DNA from: Takakia lepidozioides
Lineage: Eukaryota; Plantae; Bryophyta
Assembly (NCBI GenBank): GCA_030704615.1
Contig: CM060732.1
Location: forward strand, 65,844,001 to 65,908,000
Reading direction: 5' to 3'
DNA length: 64,000 nt
The notes under the pieces were generated by a model that saw nothing but the letters and a program-made list of their open reading frames with translations, did not search any database and was not told where the DNA came from. Within the stretch, counting starts at the first letter, position 1; the number at the start of each line of letters is the position of its first letter. The position numbers and the translations under genes are program-made. Positions 13,801 to 29,791 of the stretch are shown piece by piece.

Positions 13801-14488
13801 GCATGGGCGTGATACAGAGGCTTTGGAGATGTATGAGCAAATGAAACAGGAAAAGGTGACGCCTGACAAGGTCGCGATCTTTGGCGTTCTACATGTGTGT
13901 GTCCACCTGGCAGCCCTGGAAAAGGGCAAGGAGGTACATGCTGACATGATTGCAGCTGGAATTGTGCCAGATATCAATTTAAATAATACCCTTGTGAACA
14001 TGTATGCCAAATGTGGCAGCATAGAGTGTGCACAAGAAGTCTTTGACAATATGGCCGAAAGAGATGTGGTGTCATGGAAGGCCATGATTGCAGGATATGC
14101 TCAACATGGGTATAGTAGGGAGGTCCTGCAACTATTCGAACAAATGCAGCAAAGAGGCTTGAGGCCCGAGGGTGCAATCTTTATATGTGTTCTCTCTGCA
14201 TGTAGCCACATGGGCCTAGTGGATGAAGGCCGTCAATACTTCGAGTCCATGACTCGTGATCATAACCTCACCCCTACAGTGGATCATTTTGGCTGCGTGG
14301 TGGAGCTTTTTGGCCAAGCAGGGCGACTGGAGGAGGTAGAGGACGTCATAAACAAAATTCTAATTGAGCCAAATGCTGACGTGTGGAGGGCCTTGCTTGA
14401 TGCCTGCAGAACTCATGACAATCTCACGATAGCAGAAAGTGCGGCACAATGCCTTTGCAAGTTGGATGCACAGAAAGGGGCGACTTAA
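10883..14488 (+). CDS. PLS-class PPR protein with N-terminal putative transit peptide and OSB-type PDF motif; truncated in the E domain
   Basis: Exons 10883-11129 (phase 1), 11485-11564 (phase 0), 11843-14488 with GT-AG sites join in frame. PDF motif RLWQEFFSDPSQWWDNRFDK|KNPNSPDFRHKHTKEGLWVEGWSNPSWV, then 7 L-S-P triplets plus L2-S2 and E1 (VWRALLDACRTH). Start codon could be 10883 or 10919. Confidence 0.9.
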
Positions 14489-14915
14489 GAGCTGCTATCA
14501 GACATGACATGTGGGACAATGAAGGTGTAATGAGAAAAACGACACAGGAGAGGAATGTCAGAAAGGAGCAGGGTGCAGCTGCATTGAGGTGGAGAGCCGA
14601 GTGCATGCATTCCCTGTAGAAGATCAATTGCGTCTCCATATTGGCAAAATCAGAGGAAGGAGGTGGATTATGTGCTTGACACTATATGTATTTGCATGAT
14701 GTGGAGGAGCATAAGGAACTTCTCTTTGCTACCAGAGCCATTGCTTCTGGGCTGAGAAGCATGTCCCTGGCACGTCCATCCGCGTCTTGGAAATTCTCTG
14801 GGTTTCGTAGCAAATGCCAGCTTATCTCAAAGATTGTTAAGCAAGCAGTTGTCATATAGGATGCTGGTGCTTCCACCACTCAAAGTCAGGTCTTGTTTTT
14901 GTTTGGAGCAGCATG
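14489..14915 (+). pseudogene. Decayed E2/E+/DYW tail of the upstream PPR gene
   Basis: Frameshifted remnants VRKE.GCSCIEVESRVHAF, LHDVEEHKE, AIASGL, LISKIV, FHH, CFC immediately after the premature TAA. Confidence 0.8.
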
Positions 14916-16438
14916 ACAAAGGATGTGTCACTTCAAATGACTGTAAGATACCATCACTCCTTTGAGCAAGAGGAATAAAGTTGAAACAACGCAGTTACTG
15001 TCACTGCCGGGTAATGATAACCATTCCCAGCAAGTGATCATGGGCAGCAGTGACGAAGTTATGGAAATTGTTCTTGTGGAGGAATTTTGGACAACTATCC
15101 CACTTCTTTTCCAACTGGGAGGAGACAGACAATTGCACTCTGTTACAAGCAGTCCTCATCTTTGAGCTCCCACCTGCAAAGAGTTTAGTTGCACACCATA
15201 AGAGACTGTGCCTGTAGCAAAGCATTGAACACTAGTTGATAGATGCATTGCAAACACTTGCTCAACACTGACCTCACTCACATATTCTAAGTCACAACGT
15301 GCTCAAGGGAGTTGCCCTCATCAACAGACAGCTAGTCGCCATGGCCAAAGTTGGAGAGGAAGACAGGAAGGTGGAAGTCAGTAAGAAGCACAATGCGTAA
15401 GGCAGGAGATTTGCACCTAGATTCGTTGCAATAGCATCCCCATAGCCTCAGCCTGGAAGCTCAATACAGCCTCTTAGGAACAGTAAAATAACCAGTGTTG
15501 TGTGTATACAGTTTTGGACATACCCTCCGGGTCAGTATTGATCTAGACATACCATCAGAGAAGAGTTGGTATCCGGGGCTCCCCAGAGAAAGTTTTGTAT
15601 TAGCCTTTGATCTTAATGATAGAGGAGCCCGGGGACCATAGGGAAGCAATAAACCATATCGAGCCTGATAGAATTTGGTTGGCAATAAGCACGCGGCCTG
15701 CTAGAGAGGCGATATTGCGCAGAGTAGTAGGCATACTGGAGGACCTCTATAGCTAAAATGATTATTGAGCATTCGGAGCTATAGGAACTTTAGATGCATA
15801 TTCATCTCATGCTCGGACAACCTCTCACACAATGATTCAAGCAAGCCTGTTCAAGTTCAAACTTCACATGCACAGAATGCTAAGTGCTACAGTGCTCCAT
15901 TTCTGCTATTGCTAGCCGCTTCCAGTATTCTAGTTGGTACACATTGCCACAGGGCCACTAGAGCATTGAGCTTTATAATGAATCCACAAACAAGTGCTGG
16001 CAAAATTCATACACATTTGAACGAGCGACACTGGGCCACTGCTAGTCAGCATCCTTTGAAGATTAGACACTTGTTCTCTGGTGGGCACAAGCTGGTCCGA
16101 ATACAGAAAATATGTTGATCATTTGCTATCAGGTTTCCAAGTTCAGAAATCGATTGTCAATTGTCATGTTGTGGTCATGTATATTCAATATGCTACATGT
16201 CTGTATCATATCTGTGATTCTGGGTTTGTTGTTTCTGTGGACAACTCTTAGCTCCAAATTTGTGAGGCAGCTCTTGAGTGAACTCAGAAAGCATGACAAC
16301 ATCCCCTTGGGATTGTATACTAGCTGGGGTCCTGGATCTCCCGTGTATCTGCAAGCTATTGTTGACAAAGATTACTCCTGAGATATATACATCTGTGAAG
16401 TGAGCTAGGAACATAGATAATCTATGAATCTGCATCAA

Positions 16439-17035
16439 CTAAACTCTAGCCATTGCAGCGATGACTCCCAATCCAACCATTCCGTGTTCGTGTGCGTAGC
16501 GTCTTATAAGCGCCACCTCGGTCCATCTTCCCTTCAAAGTTTCAGTGTTGTGATGAAGCCCACCCGAACTCACCGAATAATCTCTATCACCTGCACCGAT
16601 GTACATGAGTTCTTTATTAAAGATACTCGACTTCGGCAAGCGAGGTTTCATCACCAGAGAGTACTTGCATGCACGACTGTCGTAATTGACGGTGATCTTG
16701 TCATTATCGATCACATCATACGAGGAAAAGGTGAGAATGTCACTAACATGCTCTTCCTGAATACGCTGCAGTGTACATCTCAAGTGCCTAGGAAGTCTCA
16801 CCCGTGTCTCATCGTGTCTCATCGGCCAGCATTGTGGTCGGCTCCGGCTTATACACCATGTGACGCTTGTTGATACAGACCCATAAGCAGCCGCACAAGT
16901 ATGGAAAACGCTAAGTCGAGCATATGGTTGGACCACTAAGCTCGGCTGAGGCGGTTTCAGGAAAGAACCCTCGATCCGTGTGACATAAAGTGTCTTGTTG
17001 GTGTTGTTGAACAGGTCCGCAGAAACTATCCCCAT
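16439..17035 (-). CDS. Intronless orphan ORF, 198 aa, unknown function
   Basis: ATG-initiated, normal composition, not antisense to any recognised gene; TATAAA on the minus strand at 17156-17161. Confidence 0.55.
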   Translation of the reverse strand: MGIVSADLFNNTNKTLYVTRIEGSFLKPPQPSLVVQPYARLSVFHTCAAAYGSVSTSVTWCISRSRPQCWPMRHDETRVRLPRHLRCTLQRIQEEHVSDILTFSSYDVIDNDKITVNYDSRACKYSLVMKPRLPKSSIFNKELMYIGAGDRDYSVSSGGLHHNTETLKGRWTEVALIRRYAHEHGMVGLGVIAAMARV

Positions 17036-18395
17036 GTATCCAAGCTCCTACACACCCCTCGTCTAAGCGCAAAGTAGCAGGAAGAATGAGGGAGGAATGA
17101 GGAGATGGGTCACCTTCGAAGCTTGAATGCGTACTGTGTGTTGTTGGTGACATGATTTATATGTAGAGATAAAAGCATGCTCGAATTAGAAGTGAGGGCT
17201 CGGATCCCCCTATTTTTGGAAAAAGAAGAAGAATCCTGCTTCGCTGGCCGCTTTCAGTTATTCTAGTTGGTACACAATCTCGGGTAGTGGAAGGAGACGA
17301 CCCGAGAAGACATCACATAACTGATTTGCTCACAGCTGCTTGTATTAGTACCACCTTTTTCCTCGAAGAGATTTTCCATACTCATACTCGATAATTGTTG
17401 AATCTCAGTTCAAAGTCGCTGTGCGAGATCACACCATCAGTTAAATCCACATCTGTTTGTAGCACTTGGACTATTTACCTCGTTTCTACTGTTCCTTGCC
17501 ATGGAAGTGTGTAACGGAAGCATGGATTCCGCCGATTATACGCCCGATCCAGATGCAAGATTCATGCCTCTACATCAGCGCGGACTCGAAACGCCCCTTG
17601 GGCATTCCTGCAGCTGACGATCCCCTCCAATTCACGCACACACACACTCGGCATTCTCTTGCCACATCTCTAATCTCACCAAGCCCATCTAAGCTCATCT
17701 ACGCCTCAAAGTGGGTGAAATAATTTCAATAGTGAACACCCCTGGAGGGGATTGCATTGCATCTTCGGTGGGGTCTGGAAGCGTGAGGTCAAGAGGTGGC
17801 CAGCGTCGGAAGGGGAGAATACTGGCTGTCGATAGGAGGAGCGACACTGGCCAGTAGTTGTGCAGGAAGCTCTGGTAGAATTCCAGGTTAATTAGTCATA
17901 CTCCTTCCTCTCGTTCATGCTGTGTGGATGTGATAACTTGTGAGGAATCCTTGAATGGACTTGGGAGGAGTGATGTTGTGTGACGTGCATGTCCTTAGAT
18001 GGGCCATCTTGCTCTTGTGCTGTGTGGCTTTTGAGGAGAGGATAAGTACATAGAGTAGCACCAAGATCCAGGCATACCTCCCGACCTCCAAAAGACCTGC
18101 CTTTCAGTGTATGTCAACTTTGGAAGCGCACTGAGCATTTCATTTTTTGCAGTGAAAGATAAGCGGAGTGTAGTTCCTACGTGATAGTGAAAACAGCTTC
18201 GCCTCTGACTGGCGATAATATATTGTTTTAGAAAGCATGAGATTGCGACGGTGATCGTAAATTGAGGATGCTACAATTGCCATTTTCATTTGACATCAAA
18301 TACTTTGTAATTCGTCATACTCATCCCAGCTTGTGTTGGACAAATCCCCCATGTTCACAGCAAGAAAGGGTTCCATACTCCATAACAAATCAGAT

Positions 18396-20904
18396 TCAAG
18401 ACAAAAGTGCCTTTGTTAGCACAATTGCATTATAGAGACCATGCATCACAAATGGGGTGGCCAGATTTCCCGTCCAAGTGTACACTACCCCTAAGGCACA
18501 ACCAATTAAAAAGAGAGCAGGCAACCCTGGCAATGAAAAATGGCTCAAGGCAAAACCTAAAGAACTTAGTACAATTGCAAATGGCCATCGCATGTATGTT
18601 CCTAGAGAAGATAGCAAAAACCCTCTATACACAAATTCTTCCAAACAGGGCGTGATGGCGCAGTATGCTAGATATGTGGTGTACTGGGCAAAGGTGGAGC
18701 TCGTGAGCAGACTGGCAAGAGCAGATGGAGCATCGTCAGGCTGCAAACAGAACTACAATTTAGCCCTAATATACTGACCACTGGACCTGTCATTTGCAAT
18801 AGTTCTACAAAAGCTGGCTCAGCAACTTCTTTGGCCTGTATCTGTACATTTTTGACCCCATGCACAATTTTTCAGTCCTTGTTAACTTTGGCTTTACATT
18901 GAAAATATGCTTCATATGGCTTACCTCTGACGGAAAGAGCTGCTCAGTAAAACTTGCTGTGGCTCCCAAAACAAACAACAAGGCCAGTAGCCCAAGAGCT
19001 GAAGCAGGTAGCCAACCCCTGTCCCTCCACACTTTGGTGAAGTTGACATGAAAGTGCTCAGGCAGGGGCCCAAACGGCTGCAGTGTGGATTGTATCAGCC
19101 AGACAGTCCCTGCCAGCTCCAGCAGCTGTAGCACCACTACTGACACTGCCTGCAATCACACTGATAAAAATAGTCAAACCCATGTACTAGTAGGTCGTAA
19201 AATAGATGCTAATTTTTACTCTCTGAGATATCATGAGAGGGAATCTAAACGGGATCAAGCAGGGATTTCACATTTATAGATTGAGCAACATCTGTGAATT
19301 TATGGGAAACTTTGAGGATAGAAACTGGGTTAGCTTGCTGAGACATATTCTGCGGGCCCAGCATGATGGTCACATGGCTGAAACTTACGCAACCTTGACA
19401 AACCCATATCAACGTGCATAGAAAGCATGCACCACCCGAAACAACTGATGAATAGGGACCTACCATAATGGCTGCTTGCTTTGCAGAGCCAATGATGTTG
19501 TACAGACATGATGCTACTTCAAAAGCAACTATTGCAAACATGCCAATTAAGAAGAGAGCACGTTGATTGCAACCTCTACTGAAACTAAAAGATCATGATC
19601 AATACCATGGGCTGCCAGTTGAGTGAATATTCCAGACTGCAATGCTACTCAGTAAATGAAGCTCCTTTCATTGCAGACAGATGACAGTTTTGACAAACAT
19701 TGTAGTGTCCATAGCAGACCTGTGTTTGTGGATCCAAAACCTGTTGAGGGAGGAGTTTGGCTACTATTGCCAGGCCTCCCAGGCCTAGGGGCATGTGAAA
19801 GCCACCCAAATATATCACCATGGTCGAAGCCACTAAGCCACTGTCCCAAGGAACCTGGGACTGCAGTCGTGAAAAGGATGGCACCTACAAAAGCCAGAGT
19901 GAAAAGAAGCAATCAATCTCAGAACATAATTCTGCACAACTGTTGGTTGATTGTAGTCACAGTCTACAGAATGGGTTGCTGTTTTCTACTTCAAAGGCAC
20001 TTAGGTTGCCATGGAAGGAGTGCACAACCAGTGAAAGCCCCCTGTCCTTGCAAGATTGTCTACCTTTATATGTGATGATAATGCATATCACCCCAAGAGA
20101 TAAACATGTAATAGCTTAAGGGGAATTCTCCTCTAGAAAACTCTGCTTGCGTTGGGACCAGTTGCTGTGAGCAACCTAATCTGCCTCATGAGTGTCCTTT
20201 GATTTCAGGTGTGCACGAACTGATACACTCATACTCTCGAATTCAGCTACTTAGGAAATAATATCGCACGTGTTGAAGATTTCGCTTGGCTAGCGAAGAT
20301 TTCCACTGTTTCTCCTTTCGCATTCAAAGACAGAAAAAGGAAGTACTTGTTCTCTTCCGCTTGGTGCAAACACTTGCAAGACTCAATCAATTGTTTTAGA
20401 CATTCGCCCCCTTTGGCGTAAGACTGACTCTAAGAACTAGTTTCTAAGTGTTCTAATCTAGATTAGAGACTCGAAACAAAGGGGCAATCGTTTGACCTGC
20501 ACAATCCCAGCATCTACATCTGCAGAAACTTTGTCATTGGCATCCCTCGACTCCGTATCGGAAACTTGATGCTGTGATTTGTTGGAACACACTGGAAAAC
20601 TGCTGGGCTGTGTCCTGCCATAATGTTCTGTATTGTGCCCAAAGTGAAATACTCCACTCCTAGGTAATCTATCAATTAAGGATTGGAAAAACTTAAACCG
20701 CTGTATTCTTCTTCTTATTTGCTGCTCTTGTCTGATAGGCAACTGGTGCTTCACGAGCAACGATTCAGCAGTACCGACCAATCGAGTGAATGCCCTGCAA
20801 TCACCCACAGAAACCCTGTATATGGAGTGACTGGAAAGGGCTGCTGTTGGTGGTCGCGCAACCATACCACAACCAAGGAACGTTGTAACTGTACATGATC
20901 CCAT
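18396..20904 (-). CDS. CAAX protease-like (CPBP/Abi family) intramembrane metalloprotease, probably plastid-targeted
   Basis: Multi-exon. Transit-peptide-like first exon (20904-~20497); PWDSGLV..FHMPLGLGGL; LQLLELAG; C-terminal LEEFVYRGFLL, FALSHFS, HGLYN motifs. Confidence 0.88.
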
Positions 20905-21901
20905 GTGGCCTCAGACTGTACCTAGGGGTAAGTCGACCATTACTTGCTTGTTGATTCTCTGACAGGCATGCATCTGCGGTGTTGCACCATCACCTGCCTG
21001 CTGACCACTCCAAATTCCGTGCTAACTCAATGAATGCACTGTCCTCGCACCTCTGTCTGTTTGTGATCTTCACCACATTGGTAACGCAAAGTCGCTCTAA
21101 CAATGCTCGGAAGAATGTTTCCAGATATCGACAAACAAAGAGCATTTGGGGAAGGTGATGCTCATCAAATCCTGGCAAAAGTCTTCCAACAGCTAGAGAA
21201 AGGGTTCAGTGCACTTTCTGTGGATAGGGCAATGAGAAAAAGTGCTGCTGGGCCCAAACCCAAATGAGATGGGGAAGATCAAGGTCCATTCACACAAGCT
21301 CCAGTGAGGGTCATATCATTTTCTTGGACTGGCCCTGTCAAGTCCTTCCGATGATTCGTCAAGAGGATATAGCAGAACCATTGTGTCAGTAAAGTAGTAG
21401 AGAGATGGGAAGCGAGATCACAGAACGCTTTCGCATTCTCCAACCCAGCCTCTAAAACCTCACAAACACCTTGCGCTAATTGCTGTACACCGGCAAGTTT
21501 TGCGGTTTGATGCCCAATATTCTGCATTGTGCAGTAGGTATGAGGGCCAGGATAAGCTTTCGTGTTTGTCGTTTGTTCCTGTGTGAGCTTTTGGGTTTCT
21601 GAGATCAGGATGGCAATCTCCTTCGTTTGTTGCTCATCTCTGACAATAGCTATGACAAGAATGTTGCGCAAACTTTGACAGTGAAATCAGTTGAGAAGAT
21701 GGTGTCCGTTGCAAAGGTGGAGACTGGAGACGCGGCCTATTTTCATTTAGGACGAACGGCTCAGAGTGGTTGCTGAAAACATTTCCACTAGCACTGGGCT
21801 ATGCTGACAGTGCAGGCACCATTGCAGGTGTGACTTGAGGCTAGAAGGCTTGCACAGTGATTATCTTATGCATGATGCTGTCTGACTAGGAACACAATTA
21901 T

Positions 21902-24900
21902 TCACACTTTTATCACATAAGTGAAACCACTTCCACAAAATACTCGTGATTGGAGCTTGTGGTTTGAGCTACCCGTCTCACTGGAAACGGAGACCTCTGA
22001 AAGAAAACTGTGGTCTTCAATTGGTACTTGTTGTGGAAGGTTCTGATCATTAGTGGTGCCCAAACCGAGCTGCCCATGCTCTGCCCACCCCCAAACCATC
22101 AATGTGCCATCCTCTGCATTCAACCACCGTGTCTTTACATTACTAAACATCGCAGGCAGCTAACATGAGCTCTACCTAATGTTACCATCCACCTAGGAAT
22201 TTTGAATAGCAACAAGTGTTAATCTTACCAAGTACAGCAGTTGAATGCTCTGCTCCAGCAGATACCCACAATGCCCGCCTGCACCCCAGATTCCCAACTT
22301 TTCGAAGCCCTGGCAATGAGACTTCTGAAATTAGCTGCACACCAAAGTCTCTCCTCAGCTCACCCTTCCCTTCATCTTTGCCAACTGCCAAGGCCCTTAA
22401 AGATAAAGACGCTTCCAAAAGGGCATGCTCATTGCTCTTCATGTTGCATATATGATCACTTTCTGCATTTGCAACTGGGAAATGGGAGCCACCCCGGCTT
22501 TTCTCCAATGCATAGGATGTACTGGCGGCTACCATTTCAGACTGGTTCTCTGCATCCTTAGAAGCTTCCTCACATGTTCTCCTCTCTGTTTGGGGATCTG
22601 ATAGCAGGTTGCAATCCGAGTCCTGGGATCCCAACTGTCCGCAACGATTACTTCCCCATGCCCTGCTGTTCTTCTGCCCTAGGTTGATCATACCGAGTTA
22701 GACAGTGGCACAATAACATTGTATCTCCACTAGTACTTCCTAGAATAGTCTGGAAGTTCAAAAAGTAGGGTAAACATTATGAATAGTAATCTGACAAATG
22801 CTATATCGTCGAGTACTATATCCATCTATACTTGCAGGGGACCTGTCCTTTGAGAACAAAGTACAACCGTTCAGACTGGTACCTCGCACAAAACTTAATT
22901 TGGATAATCAACAAATGATCCGTGAAGTTCAGTCATACCTGAAAGAGCCAGACCGTGGCTCCAACCAAGAGAGATTTGCCGTAACTGCAGACCTGGAGCT
23001 GCTGCAGAAGGAAGGAAAATATCGGGGCTACTGTTGAAACCCCTGCCCCAGATATACAAGTGTCCTGTCCCTGCAAAGAAAAGAATGAGTTACAAAGAAT
23101 GACTAAGTAGCCAAATCACTTTTGTGCACGCCTGCAAGTTTGCAACTTACCAGTCAGAGCAGCACTGTGGTCTCCATTTGCAGAAACGGTCACTATTCTC
23201 TGCATGTCCAATGCTGAGATGGGCTGAGGGCAAGAAACTCGCCCAACCCCCTTGGTCCCGCTATCACTTCTCTCCCAAGGAGGAGTACCGAGCTGACCTC
23301 GTTTACTTGATCCAAATGCAAACACTGTTGCTGCCTCTGATGGCCCTGATGTAGCAGTCATAACCAACAACCCTCTCACTTAGAGACCACCAGCCACTTT
23401 CCCATAGGAACTTGCAGATCATACATTATGTAGTGGATAAAGTTGCTTATCGTTCAGCAAATTTCTGTGGATGTATCAATTGGCCACTGTTGACTATTGG
23501 AGCAGAAGCTCATTTCATAGTTGATTGAATGGGAGCTTCCTCGAGAGCGTCCGATTTGAAATGGAACACTGGCAATCGCTTGTTGATAGGAGAATTCCAC
23601 TTGTAGTTTAGTTGTGTAGGTTGCTAAACAACAAACAACCTGACTGTAGCAGCCCCAGGGAAGAATCAAGGGTTCTTTCTTGAGTCAACTTTGACAGACA
23701 AAATTTAACAACAGATTCTCACCTTGGACAAGGGCAAGAGTGTGGCGCATGACACAGGCAGCCATGGAAACCCTGCCAAACGCCAGATGCTCAACTAGAC
23801 AGGGCCGAAGGCGCACTCCAAAGTCATCAAGCCCAAGCTGCCCAAACTTCCCATCCCCGCATGTATAAAGCTCTCCACTCTCTGCAAGGCACAAGACTTC
23901 CAATGTCATAGATCCTCCCTGGCTGTGTTCTGTAGTATCCTGGTGTCTGCAGGTGTCTGCCTGGCTCCTGTTCCACCCTCTCTCTGTCTGTTTATGTCGG
24001 TGCTTCTACCTGTGTAAGGGGACAAGTAAGTGTTTTTCCTTCTCACAGCCACTAGTTTCTTTCTCTCCTCCTTGTATCTAGGGGAAACCTGCCAAAATCT
24101 ACAGACGCACTGACCTGACCAAAATCTACTCCTATGAGCCAGATGCAGCAGTGAAGCTGTTGTCCCCGGAAAAAAATGAGACTTTCCAAAAAACGCCTAT
24201 GGGTAACATATCCCATGTGTCCTTCGGGCCTTCAAACTCATTACAGTTGCAAGGATTTCTGAAATACTGCAGGACACAAACACTCCATCAACTGCCCTGC
24301 CAGAGCATTACGACGCCCTTGTAGAATTGAGAGGGAAAGCTGACCTGTAACAAAGGCTGTGTGGTTCCAGCCAGCAGCAACACTGTGGATTCGAACACCC
24401 TGCAGTGCTTTGACAGGTCTTGGCAAGCTACTGCTTGCTTCATCACCATGACCAAGTGGCCCTGACTGACCACGTCCCCAGGTGTCCACTTCGCCTCCTT
24501 CTACATCAATCAACCACCGTGATCAACTGCAAATTTTGGCGGAGGAAACCCCCACGTTCAAACCATTCATGATCTCCGAAACCCATGTTGAAGGGGCCCT
24601 TCTTTGAAGGAGGGCACCAAGGAAAGGGACAAGCCTAGTTGAACATATTAGCAACCTCTGAACTCATGGAAACTTAAAGCCCTCCTCTAAGCTGAGCAAT
24701 TTTGCACCGCAACGCATGCAGAGACCTTGCCACACATACAAGGCCTGTCATCGGAATTTGCAGATGGCTGTTTGCCTCCATCCTTTCAGCTGAGCATTCT
24801 TCTACTTCAGCCCTCCATCAACGAGGATCCTTTCTCCCAGGGTGCTGCTGGCAGCGATAGCTGCACATTAGCAACGCCCTTCAAAAAATTGACCCGGGAA

Positions 24901-25226
24901 AATGACAACCTCTTCTCCTCACAAAAATGGACGAGCTTCTTAAACCCTGCCTTCCAGAACAACTGTAGAATGCCGTCCCCACTGAATGCCAACTTCAAAC
25001 TACCATACCACAGAGAAAATTGCAAAGTGTTTGGTTGCCTCAAACTCACAGTGCATACGTGCATACCAAGGACTGCAACAGCATGGGCGCCTCCACAAGC
25101 CATGTGGGTGATCGTTAGCCCGCATAATGCAGGCACACGCTGGGGTGCTAAAGCGTCACTCCAGGAACCAGAGCCCAGCTGCCCGTGCGTGCCCGCCCCC
25201 CAGCTCCATACTTCCGCCTCCCTCAT
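21902..25226 (-). CDS. RCC1/UVR8-like repeat protein
   Basis: Exons with VWSWGAGTHGQLG, ACGGAHAVA, AAGWNHTAF, LYTCGDGKFGQLG, SANGDHSAA, LGWSHGLAL, SAGAEHSTA, WGWAEHGQLGLG..VFCGSGFTY. Confidence 0.9.
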
Positions 25227-25732
25227 GACTACTGGTCAGATTGCTTTGACCTCCGCTCCCAAATGCAACCGCTCATCGAATTGAGATTGCATGTAATGTT
25301 TAGGAGCTGAATTTTTCCATCAGATACACAGACTTAGAAACTTAACATGGAGGGATTGGAGACTGATCGCCTCCACAGGGAACTTCCTAAACCCGCGAAA
25401 CGTGAGCGGGATCTCTTGCTTGGCAGATAAACGTTCCTGGAGCCATTCCTCACTTCCGTTTGGCACTCTCTGTCCTCAATCAAACGGTTCTGGTGCTCGT
25501 TTCACTACGGAAGCCACCGCAAGAACGGACGAAAGGGGAAACGATGATTGTAGAGGTCAATGAGAATCATCAGCACTTGCACTGAATCGAGGACCCTTCC
25601 CACTGTCCAGGAGACGGATTTAGCATTGCAGCAAAGAGGCACAAATGATGTGGAAATGCTGATATTGTGATGGAGAGATGTTGTCACGGATGATGTGTAG
25701 AGGTTGTGAAGCATTGTCAGTACGCAACCAAC

Positions 25733-29414
<3,682 letters not shown>

Positions 29415-29791
29415 TCTGCCACAAAAGGAATATTTGTCCTTCAGAATTGATAAACATGTTGGTGAATTCCTTTATGTACAACTAACAAGAAAGAAATTTA
29501 CATCGAATTGTGTGCTTTCCCATTGATGTAAATTAAGAAGAGAAATAGCTTTAACTACGAAGTCATAAATTGTTGCAGATACCCCAGCCACCAATATCTG
29601 TGCAGTCTATTATGTGGAGCTTCCAGGTTCAGTGGTATACAAATGGGGCGCTGGACTTTGCTTTTTTCTGCTCCTTGAAGACATCACTCAGGTCTGATGG
29701 ATAAGCAGAGAATCTGAAGGTGCTGCTTGTTGCTTGCATGCTTTTGGGTCTGTTGGCGGGTCTGCTTATTCCAGGTAAAAATGAGGGATGG

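Noticed and set aside
12058-14177. Numerous minus-strand ORFs over the PPR gene (also at 44-53 kb)
   Set aside because: Antisense shadows of repetitive PPR codons
15430-15760. Possible solo LTRs here and at 54895-55375
   Set aside because: No convincing TG...CA ends with target-site duplication
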